Shown piece after piece: positions 1-7,550 of a stretch of 64,000 bases of DNA (its first letter is position 1; the number at the start of each line of letters is the position of its first letter). The DNA is from Sedimentisphaerales bacterium (GTDB lineage Bacteria > Planctomycetota > Phycisphaerae > Sedimentisphaerales > Anaerobacaceae). The DNA lies in assembly GCA_963708075.1 (NCBI GenBank), contig OY970194.1, forward strand, positions 576,001 to 640,000. Direction: 5' to 3'. A model generated the notes under the pieces. That model made no database searches and had not been told where the DNA came from. It saw only the letters and a program-made list of their open reading frames with translations. The position numbers and the translations under genes were made by a program.

Positions 1-157
1 GGCCGGCATCCACACAGCCTGCCGACCCGTCGAGAGCGCTCTCTACCATTAGAAGGCAGGGTATGGGTGCGGAGTAACGGTCCATGCTCTTGATTTCACA
101 CAACATGGCCGATGTCCCGCACTTGTCGGGAGTGCCGGGAGCCATGGATCCGGTGCG

Positions 158-1246
158 TCACAGTTGGCGTTTGATGGCTTGGGCGTGGATGAGCTCGAAT
201 AATGCCTTGATGAAATCGGTATCCAGGCCGAGTTGCTTCGCCTTGGCGATGTGGTCTTCGAGGAGGGTCTCCCAGCGGGTAATCTGGAGCACCGGGATAT
301 TGTGCTCCTGCTTGAGCCGGCCGATCTCCTCGACCCACTTCATGCGTTCGGCAAGGTCCTGAATGATCTTGGCATCGATCTGACTGATCTCGGCTCGCAG
401 CCGGGCCATCTGCCTCTTCAGGTCCCGGTCGGTAAGCTCGGCTTCCCTTGCCCGCAGTCGCTCAAGCATGCAGGAAAGGTCTTGGGGAGTTACTTGTTGT
501 TTGGCATCGCTCAGGGCCCGGTCAGGATCGATGTGCGATTCGATCATCAGGCCCTGGATGCCGAGATCGAGGGCCATCTGGGAGAGCGGCTCGATGAACT
601 GGCGGCTGCCCCCGATATGGCTGGGATCACAGATCAGAGGCAGGTCGGGAAGCAGTCGTTTCAGCTCGATGGGGATTTGCCATTTGGGATCGTTGCGGAA
701 CTGCATCTCGACGTAGGTGGAAAAGCCACGGTGAATCGCGGCAAGCTTCCGGATACCGGCGTCGTAAAGCCGCTCGATCGCGCCGAGCCACAGACCCAGT
801 TCGGCGTTGATGGGATTCTTGACGAGGACGGGGATGTCTTTGCCTTTGAGGGCGTCGGCAATCTCCTGCACGGCGAACGGGCTGACGGTAGTCCTCGCGC
901 CGATCCACAGGATGTCCACGCCGTACTTGAGGCACAGTTCTACATGTTCAGTGTTCGCCACTTCGGTGGCTGTGGGCAAACCGGTCTCGGCCTTTGCCTG
1001 CCTGAGCCACTCCAGGCCGGTTTCTCCGACCCCTTCGAATGTGCCCGGGCGCGTACGCGGTTTCCATATCCCTGCCCGGAAGGCCTTTACATACGGCGAT
1101 TTCACCAACTCTCGGGCGGTCGAGAGCATTTGTTCAGCCGACTCGGCGCTGCACGGACCCGCGATCACGCATGGAACGCGGTCGTGCGGCAGCCACTGAC
1201 TGATGGGAGCCAGGCCCTTATTGATCTTCTTCAGGAACTCGGTCAT
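158..1246 (-). CDS. Bifunctional DAHP synthase (type I-beta) / C-terminal chorismate mutase (AroQ)
   Basis: IAGPCSAES, RAGIWKPRTRPG, WIGART, ICDPSH and GLMIESH motifs; C-terminal helical AroQ-like domain (LRAEISQIDAKIIQDLAERM...K). Confidence 0.93.
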   Translation of the reverse strand: MTEFLKKINKGLAPISQWLPHDRVPCVIAGPCSAESAEQMLSTARELVKSPYVKAFRAGIWKPRTRPGTFEGVGETGLEWLRQAKAETGLPTATEVANTEHVELCLKYGVDILWIGARTTVSPFAVQEIADALKGKDIPVLVKNPINAELGLWLGAIERLYDAGIRKLAAIHRGFSTYVEMQFRNDPKWQIPIELKRLLPDLPLICDPSHIGGSRQFIEPLSQMALDLGIQGLMIESHIDPDRALSDAKQQVTPQDLSCMLERLRAREAELTDRDLKRQMARLRAEISQIDAKIIQDLAERMKWVEEIGRLKQEHNIPVLQITRWETLLEDHIAKAKQLGLDTDFIKALFELIHAQAIKRQL

Positions 1247-1355
1247 TTCATTTCAACCCAGGCCGTCCAACCGGACGCCGCTGAAATCGCACCCAACGGA
1301 GGGGCTCACACTATGGGATCCATGATCCACATGGCAACTCCTGCCCCAGCACAAT

Positions 1356-1381
1356 TGTAACCTATCGGCGAATCCGACTCA
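1356..1381 (+). promoter_or_regulatory. Putative ECF-sigma-type promoter motif TGTAACCT-N14-CTCA upstream of the filament operon
   Basis: Same 8+4 nt motif with identical 14-nt spacer recurs at 18760-18785 upstream of the ECF-linked Spy-like gene. Confidence 0.3.
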
Positions 1382-1449
1382 ATGATTTCGATGACTCTGG
1401 GAAATAGGGCGGGACCTCTGGTCGGTCGTGTGATGGTTCGGCCCTGCAC

Positions 1450-1477
1450 TAAGGTGCGCCGTCGGATATGTCGATAG
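1450..1477 (+). promoter_or_regulatory. Sigma28 (FliA/SigD/WhiG)-like promoter TAAG-N16-GTCGATAG
   Basis: Resembles TAAA-N15/16-GCCGATAA consensus; 30 nt upstream of ATG 1508; same spacing recurs at 4424 and 5978. Confidence 0.5.
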
Positions 1478-1507
1478 AGGAACGGATTCGTTCAGGGATC
1501 CCCTGAT

Positions 1508-1801
1508 ATGAGTGAGCATGACCCGATAATCGACGTTCTCTTGAGCGGAAAAGTGCTGGACGAGGTCTAAGCGCGAGCGCTGGTGGATCGTCATAAGGCG
1601 AGCGGCGAGGGTTTGTTCTCCATTATCCAGCGCGAGTTGTCGCTGGATGAGGAGCAGTCTGCCAAGGTCGCCGCGGCCGCCCACTGTATCGAGTTTGTCA
1701 ACCTCTCGCCCGAGATGATTGACCCTATGGTCGCTCACCTGATTTCTCAGGAGGTGGCCAACCGCTACATCGCGATTCCCATCAAGTGAGAGGGTCGCGA
1801 G
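1508..1801 (+). pseudogene. N-terminal (GspE_N/MshEN-like) part of the PilB/GspE ATPase, interrupted by in-frame stops TAA 1568-1570 and TGA 1787-1789
   Basis: ATG 1508, ORF 1583..1789 and ORF 1802..3205 share one frame; read-through gives MSEHDPIIDVLLSGKVLDEV*ARALVDRH...IEFVNLSPEMIDP...AIPIK*EGRELTVAMSSPLD, typical of GspE/PilB N-domains. Confidence 0.8.
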
Positions 1802-3205
1802 TTGACGGTGGCCATGAGTTCCCCTCTGGACCTGCGTGCCCGCGATGAGATCGAGTTGAAGACGGGCTACAGGGTGGTTCCCGTGGCCGCTACGCCGCAC
1901 GCCATACGACAGGCCATAAGCTACCATTTCGACGTGGCCAACCTGACGAGGCAGACGATCGCCTCCATGCGGCTGAAGAGCGATGCGGGGGAGGAAGGCA
2001 AGTCGGTAGCCGACAAAAGCGACAGGCTGTTCGGCACGGACAGCGACCCAATCACGAAACTGGTCGCCTCCGTCATCCGGGGCGGCATCGACGTCAAGGC
2101 CAGTGATATCCACATCGAGCCGCAGGAGTCGGACCTGCGCGTGAGATATCGCGTGGATGGCCTGTTGCGAAGGGCCATCGACATCCCCGCTTCGGCCCAG
2201 CGCGAGGTCATCTCCCAGCTCAAGGTCCTCGCCGACATGGACATCTCTGAGCGGAGAATCCCCCAGGATGGGCACATCACGATCCGCCATGAAGAAAGAG
2301 AGTACGATCTCCGCGTCTCCTGCCTCCCGGCTGTCGGAGGCGAGAAGATCGTCTTGCGCATCCTTGACAAGAACGCCGGCCGGTGGTCGTTGGACCGCGT
2401 CGTCACCTCCGCATATGACAATGAGCGAATCCGGGACTTGGTCGCCAACCCGTACGGCATGATCCTTCTGACGGGCCCGACCGGCTGCGGCAAGACCACC
2501 ACGCTCTACTCCGCGCTCCAACTGGTGAACACGCCCGAGCGGAATGTCGTGACCGTCGAGGACCCCGTCGAATACCGTCTGCCGGGGATCACGCAGGTCC
2601 AGGTCAAGCCGGCGGCGGGAGTGACGTTTGCCTCCACGCTGCGAAGCATCCTGCGCCAGGACCCGAATGTCATTCTGATTGGGGAAATCCGGGACCTCGA
2701 GACGGCGGAGATCGCGATCAGTGCGGCTCTGACCGGTCATCTCGTGCTGAGCACGCTGCACACGAACGATGCGGCGGGCGCCGTATCCCGACTCATCAGC
2801 ATTGGGATTCCTCCATTCCTGGTGACCTCTGCACTTCTGGGGGTTGTCGCGCAGCGGCTCGTCCGAACCCTCTGTCCCAAATGCAAGCAACTCTATACGC
2901 CCGGCGAGGAGGAACGCAGGCTCACGGGGAGTCAGCCCTCGGCAAAACAACAGCTCTACCGAGCCAAAGGATGCAGTGGTTGTTATGGCAGCGGGTACCA
3001 GGGTCGAAAGAGCGTGTATGAAATCCTGTGCTTCTCGCCGGCCGTCAAGCGCATGATCGTGGATGGCCGCAGCGACGCTGCGCTTAAGGAGCAGGCGATT
3101 GCGGAGGGAATGCGGACCCTCCGGACGAGCGCCCTGGATGAAGTGCGAAGCGGCGTGACAACAATCGACGAAGTCATGCGTGTCGTGGATCTCAAGAGTG
3201 ACTGA
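1802..3205 (+). CDS. pilB: PilB/GspE-family assembly ATPase (intact catalytic part; original start probably 1508)
   Basis: ASDIHIEP, RYRVDG, PQDG, Walker A GPTGCGKTT, TVEDPVE, LRQDPNVILIGEIRD, STLHTN, tetracysteine CPKC...CSGC. Confidence 0.93.
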   Translation: MTVAMSSPLDLRARDEIELKTGYRVVPVAATPHAIRQAISYHFDVANLTRQTIASMRLKSDAGEEGKSVADKSDRLFGTDSDPITKLVASVIRGGIDVKASDIHIEPQESDLRVRYRVDGLLRRAIDIPASAQREVISQLKVLADMDISERRIPQDGHITIRHEEREYDLRVSCLPAVGGEKIVLRILDKNAGRWSLDRVVTSAYDNERIRDLVANPYGMILLTGPTGCGKTTTLYSALQLVNTPERNVVTVEDPVEYRLPGITQVQVKPAAGVTFASTLRSILRQDPNVILIGEIRDLETAEIAISAALTGHLVLSTLHTNDAAGAVSRLISIGIPPFLVTSALLGVVAQRLVRTLCPKCKQLYTPGEEERRLTGSQPSAKQQLYRAKGCSGCYGSGYQGRKSVYEILCFSPAVKRMIVDGRSDAALKEQAIAEGMRTLRTSALDEVRSGVTTIDEVMRVVDLKSD

Positions 3206-4401
3206 TGGCGGCCTACGCATACACGGCAAAGGATTCCGCGGGCAATGAGCTGAGCGGCGTCTACACGAACGTGAACAGCGTGGAGATGCTGCGGGCGGAA
3301 TTGACGAAGGTCGGGTATGTCCTGGTCGACGCACAACGGGAATCGAGGCCGAGAAGGCTCTCGACGAGAGTGCGGCAGAAGGACGTTGCCTCCTTTGCCT
3401 TCAAATTCGCCGGCATGTATTCCGCGGGCTTATCGCTGGTGCGATGCCTGGAGGCCTCGGAAGAGCAAGCCGGCAACCAGGCCTTGAGGGATATCCTCGC
3501 GGATATTCGTCACCGGGTGGAGACGGGCGCCAGCCTGGCAAGTGCGTTCGAGCCCCATCGGACAGTGTTCGGTGATTTCTTTCTCGGGATGATCGAGGCT
3601 GGCGAGTCCTCCGGTGAGTTGTCACGGGCGTTCGACATGAGCGCACGGTACCTTGAGAAGCGACTGGAACTGCGTCAGAAGATCCGGGGGGCATTCGTCT
3701 ACCCCGTAGTTGTTGGCGTGGTTTGTTGCGTCGTGGTGCTCGCCATGCTCATCTTCGTCGTGCCGATGTTCTCGCAGTTGTATGCGCGGTTGCATGTAGA
3801 ATTGCCGGGCCCAACACAAGCGCTGGTGGTCCTGAGCCTCTCGCTGAGGAGTTGCTGGTGGGCGTTGCCGCCTGCGATCGCCATCCTTGTGCTGACCCTG
3901 CGGCGCCTGGTGCGCAACCTGCGCACAAGGGTTTATTGGGACCGCTGGAAGATCAGGATGCCGTTACTGGGACCGTTGAATCACCTCGTGCTCGTTTCGC
4001 AGTTCATCCGCACATTCGGCATGCTGATCTCGGTAGGGGTGCCGATCATGGAGGCCCTGGATTCGGCGGGCAGGGTGGTCCATAACGAGGAACTGGCCCG
4101 GATCTCAGGGGACCTCCAAAGGGCCATTCGCATCGGCCGGCCCGTCGCTGAATCGCTCAAGGCCCATAATCTGTTCCCTTCCGTGGTCGTGCAGCTTGCC
4201 GCTGCCGGCGAGGGAGCAGGCGTCCTTGCGGACATGCTGGCAAAGGCGGCGGACCTGCTGGACAAGGAGAGCGACCGGATGGCCGCGTCGCTGCTGGCCA
4301 GGCTCGAGCCGGCGCTGACCGTCATCATGGGAGTCATTATCGGTCTGATCCTCATGGGCGTCTATCTGCCCATGTTCGACTACATGGCACGCCTCAAGTA
4401 G
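3205..4401 (+). CDS. pilC: PilC/GspF-family inner-membrane platform protein
   Basis: Two T2SSF repeats ([22 protein letters not shown]), AFVYP and YLPMF motifs, three hydrophobic segments; overlaps ATPase stop by 1 nt. Confidence 0.92.
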   Translation: MAAYAYTAKDSAGNELSGVYTNVNSVEMLRAELTKVGYVLVDAQRESRPRRLSTRVRQKDVASFAFKFAGMYSAGLSLVRCLEASEEQAGNQALRDILADIRHRVETGASLASAFEPHRTVFGDFFLGMIEAGESSGELSRAFDMSARYLEKRLELRQKIRGAFVYPVVVGVVCCVVVLAMLIFVVPMFSQLYARLHVELPGPTQALVVLSLSLRSCWWALPPAIAILVLTLRRLVRNLRTRVYWDRWKIRMPLLGPLNHLVLVSQFIRTFGMLISVGVPIMEALDSAGRVVHNEELARISGDLQRAIRIGRPVAESLKAHNLFPSVVVQLAAAGEGAGVLADMLAKAADLLDKESDRMAASLLARLEPALTVIMGVIIGLILMGVYLPMFDYMARLK

Positions 4402-4423
4402 GGCCCGTAGCGATGGTTTGGGG

Positions 4424-4451
4424 TAAAGCTCGCGGCAGTTGCCGCCGATGA
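4424..4451 (+). promoter_or_regulatory. Sigma28-like promoter TAAA-N16-GCCGATGA upstream of the major pilin gene
   Basis: Near-consensus sigma28 boxes; a TATAAT also lies at 4466-4471. Confidence 0.55.
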
Positions 4452-4497
4452 AGCTGTCGATACTCTATAATGGCGCCCCATGGATAAGGAGAACACG

Positions 4498-4812
4498 GTG
4501 TACAACAAAAAGGCATTTACTCTGGTGGAGTTGCTCGTCGTGGTGATGATCCTCGGCGCTCTGGCTGCCATCGCTGTGCCGCGAATGCTCAGCGGCACCA
4601 CGAATGCCAGGATCCACGCGTGCAGAACGAATGTAGACCTGGTCAATTCACAGATCGAGCTTTATTATGCGGACAAGTCAGTCTGGCCGGCGGCCCTGAC
4701 GGATGTCACCAACGATCCGAACTACTTCCCGGACGGGGCCCCGCAGTGTCCATTGGAGACACCCTACATATACAATACGACGATTCATCGCATCTCCGAT
4801 CACACTCATTGA
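4498..4812 (+). CDS. Major type IV pilin/pseudopilin (class III signal peptide)
   Basis: KKA/FTLVELLVVVMILGALAAIAVP N-methylation motif; AAGGAG SD before GTG 4498; two Cys. Confidence 0.88.
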   Translation: MYNKKAFTLVELLVVVMILGALAAIAVPRMLSGTTNARIHACRTNVDLVNSQIELYYADKSVWPAALTDVTNDPNYFPDGAPQCPLETPYIYNTTIHRISDHTH

Positions 4813-4824
4813 CGTGGGAGCCAG

Positions 4825-4852
4825 GTCCATGGGCTTGTGGTGGCCCATGGGC
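4825..4852 (+). terminator. Stem-loop downstream of major pilin (partial terminator or mRNA stabiliser)
   Basis: GTCCATGGGC-N8-GCCCATGGGC (8 perfect bp core); no U-tract. Confidence 0.4.
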
Positions 4853-4926
4853 TCGGGCACGGAATTCGCCTGGGGTGTCCGTCTTCGAGGGCGGTCACCC
4901 CTTGCTGCATGTGGGGACTTTTGCCT

Positions 4927-5382
4927 ATGACACGGGCGGGACATACCCTGATCGAGTGCATCACTGTGGTGCTGATCCTCGCCGTGCTGGCATGTGTCGC
5001 GGTCCCGAGGCTCAACGTGGGGGCCGTGTGGGGGGCACAGACAGATGCGGTTGTCCGCCGGCTTGCCACGGATCTTCGACGCGCCCGCATGCACGCCATC
5101 GCGCACGCGGCCGACAATCCGACAGGCTATGCCCTCGTGATGATCGGCGCCAATCCTTATCACGGCTATCAGATCATCAATCTGCGGGATTCCGCCGTCG
5201 TGGCAAGCGACAGTATTCCTGCGAATGTCCACTGTACCGGCAGGCGCTCCTTCGAGTTCGGCCCTCTCGGCAACCTGACGGACGGCAGTGACACGCGCGT
5301 GCGGGTCCACAGCCAGGGCAGAGCGTATCGGCTCGAGGTCGTCCCGGCGACAGGAATGGTCAAATGGCAGCGGGAAAAGTGA
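4927..5382 (+). CDS. Minor pilin, FimT/GspH-like
   Basis: RAG/HTLIECITVVLILAVLA class III signal; 'LATDLRRARMHAI' helix and 'FEFGPLG' typical of FimT/GspH. Confidence 0.8.
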   Translation: MTRAGHTLIECITVVLILAVLACVAVPRLNVGAVWGAQTDAVVRRLATDLRRARMHAIAHAADNPTGYALVMIGANPYHGYQIINLRDSAVVASDSIPANVHCTGRRSFEFGPLGNLTDGSDTRVRVHSQGRAYRLEVVPATGMVKWQREK

Positions 5383-5789
5383 CGATCAGACGCCTCCATC
5401 GCCGGCTCACAGGCGTGACCCTTACGGAAGTCATTGTGGCTTCCGCTTTGCTTGTCATTTCCGTCATCCCGCTTCTCAAGGCCCTGACGGTTGCCCTGGC
5501 AACGGACCGGGCTGTCGAGCGCAAGAGCTGGAGCCTCATGCTGGCCCAGTCCGAGTTGGATCGCATCCGGGCCCACAGCGTGTATGGTTACGATCACGAT
5601 TTCAATGCGACTTCTGAGCCCCTCAGCGGCGGGTATCTGTGCTCCGTGGCCGACGACCAGGACCCTGATCTGAGAACAGTCACTGTGTCCGTCGGACTGG
5701 ACCGCAACGGCGACAGCATCCTCTCTTCGGAGGAGGCCGAGGTGCGTCTGTGCACGAGCCTTGCCAGACGCTGGCCGGGACCGGAGTAA
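5379..5789 (+). CDS. Minor pilin, PilV/GspI-like
   Basis: LTG/VTLTEVIVASALLVI class III signal; GTGA overlap with upstream stop. Confidence 0.78.
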   Translation: MTIRRLHRRLTGVTLTEVIVASALLVISVIPLLKALTVALATDRAVERKSWSLMLAQSELDRIRAHSVYGYDHDFNATSEPLSGGYLCSVADDQDPDLRTVTVSVGLDRNGDSILSSEEAEVRLCTSLARRWPGPE

Positions 5790-5977
5790 CGGCGGCCCCA
5801 GGTCTGTTCCATTGCGTGGTGCGAAGTGGCCGGACCACATTATAGGACACCTCTTTACTTAAATCTCATTCACTCCCAACAGCCTCCGCAAGAGCCCATA
5901 AGAGCATGACGGGAGGATTCAAAAATCGGCTTCCGAGCCTCTGTCGGCAATCGGGGTCTTCGGCATCCGCATACCTG

Positions 5978-6005
5978 TAACGCAGACTGTCACGCATGCC
6001 GAAGA
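5978..6005 (+). promoter_or_regulatory. Sigma28-like promoter TAAC-N16-GCCGAAGA inside the operon gap
   Basis: Same 16-nt spacing as sites at 1450 and 4424; 48 nt upstream of CDS 6054. Confidence 0.4.
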
Positions 6006-6053
6006 TATATCGGCGCATGTCATCGTATGCACCAAGAGTGAGGCACACCAGGA

Positions 6054-7145
6054 GTGATGAGCATTTTGCAGCGTGGAACTACCATTGTGGAACTGACCGT
6101 TGCCACGGCGATTCTGGCTGTCGTCTTCGCCACGATCATGCCGGTGTTCGGGACGATTCGAAACCACGCAGAGGCCGCCGGGGCGAACTCGGAGATGGTT
6201 CAGAACGCCCGGGTCCTGAATGAGCAGTTGTACCGCTATCTCGCTAAGGCCGGGCGAATCACAGCCACGAGCGGAAGCACCGAGACTGAGGGCTACATTG
6301 AGTTCGAGGCCGGCGACGCGGCCGTGCGGCGCTGCCGGCTCGGAACGAGCGGCTGCATCGAATTCGGACCCGTGGGCGATCTATGCGACCTGGCCGGGCC
6401 CGTGGAATACCTGACGTTCGTCTGCTATGACGGCAATGATCCGGCTGGCCAGACGGTCGTGCCGGAACATGTTCGCCTGGTCACGTGGGAAGCCCGGCTG
6501 AAAAGCGCGGGTACGCTCACAAGCGACAAGACCATTCGAGGAGCATGTTACTTGCGCGTCAATGGGAACATCGGCATCGAAGAAGCAGACACAGTGTACG
6601 ATTATGCGACGGGCCGCCAGGGCATCGACTGCTTTGCGTTTGCCGGCGGGGGCGATGCGCAGGCGCCCGCAGTGCCGGACATGCCTTCCGACGCTCTGAG
6701 CCTAGGGCAGTACGATGCCATCGAGGGACAGGATGGGACATTCCATGAGATCGCGGTTTCGACGGAAGGCGACTACGCTCAGAGTCGGCTCGTCTTCAGG
6801 ATCGAGCAGAGTCGCAGCGACGTGAGCCGCATTGCGGCGACGTGGAGAGGCGCGGGTGTTAACGGGCACCCGGGACGTTCGGATGGCGCGAGCCTGTACG
6901 TATGGAATTACGTCTCCACCGGCTACGAGTTGCTGCAGGTCTCGCCGGATACAGATGCTGAAATAACGTTGATCGGCTCCCGCAGTGACACGCCGGCACA
7001 GTACATCGGCGGCCTTGAGGGGAAGACGGTCATGCTGCTCGTCGCCTCAAACGATGGGAAGAAAGGACAGGAAGTCAACAGATTGTTAACGGATTATGTG
7101 CGGCTGGATATCACTGTGCCGGACACCACCGGCCTACTGCCCTGA
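6054..7145 (+). CDS. Minor pilin, PilW/GspJ-like, with long C-terminal beta-rich extension
   Basis: QRG/TTIVELTVATAILAVVFA class III signal; 363 aa. Confidence 0.75.
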   Translation: MMSILQRGTTIVELTVATAILAVVFATIMPVFGTIRNHAEAAGANSEMVQNARVLNEQLYRYLAKAGRITATSGSTETEGYIEFEAGDAAVRRCRLGTSGCIEFGPVGDLCDLAGPVEYLTFVCYDGNDPAGQTVVPEHVRLVTWEARLKSAGTLTSDKTIRGACYLRVNGNIGIEEADTVYDYATGRQGIDCFAFAGGGDAQAPAVPDMPSDALSLGQYDAIEGQDGTFHEIAVSTEGDYAQSRLVFRIEQSRSDVSRIAATWRGAGVNGHPGRSDGASLYVWNYVSTGYELLQVSPDTDAEITLIGSRSDTPAQYIGGLEGKTVMLLVASNDGKKGQEVNRLLTDYVRLDITVPDTTGLLP

Positions 7146-7154
7146 AGGGGCTTG

Positions 7155-7550
7155 ATGAGAACGAGGCATAGGAATACGGGCTCGGTGCTGCTGGTGATCG
7201 TGCTGCTTGTGGCGCTGCTGGCGGCGACCGTAGCCGGCCATCTGCAAATCAACACCGAGGAGATTCAGTTGATGCAGAATCACATCGGCGGCGCGGAGGC
7301 TCTGGCGACGGCGGAAGCCGGGGTGAATGATGCGATGGCGCAACTCCGCCTCGACCGCGGCTGGCAAAGCGGATTTGTCGGCAAGCCGTTCAACGGCGGG
7401 ACCTACACCGTCGTCATCGACGGCCAAACCATCCGATCGGCGGGAGTTACGGCGAGCGGTTTTACCGCCACGATGGAGGCAGAGGTCACGATGGCGCAAG
7501 ACGGGCCTCCTTACCTTATAAGGGTCGACAGTTTGCGGATCAACGAATGA
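7155..7550 (+). CDS. Short PilX/GspK-like minor pilin
   Basis: NTG/SVLLVIVLLVALLA (no Glu+5) and 'ALATAEAGVNDA' PilX-N motif. Confidence 0.75.
   Translation: MRTRHRNTGSVLLVIVLLVALLAATVAGHLQINTEEIQLMQNHIGGAEALATAEAGVNDAMAQLRLDRGWQSGFVGKPFNGGTYTVVIDGQTIRSAGVTASGFTATMEAEVTMAQDGPPYLIRVDSLRINE

Noticed and set aside
84..116. Peptide MLLISHNMADV resembling an ABC-ATPase H-loop
   Set aside because: Only 11 residues, in-frame stop just upstream (75-77), and the rest of the ORF is antisense to the DAHP synthase; cannot be supported
1568..1789. Stop-codon reassignment or selenocysteine as explanation for the ATPase stops
   Set aside because: TAA and TGA both end many clear genes in this window, and the two stops are different codons
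1379..3334. 651-aa minus-strand ORF, and similar long antisense ORFs (e.g. 43285..44748, 45271..46638, 62737..63972, 24030..25292)
   Set aside because: Shadow ORFs opposite well-supported genes, expected from high-GC codon bias; no recognisable motifs
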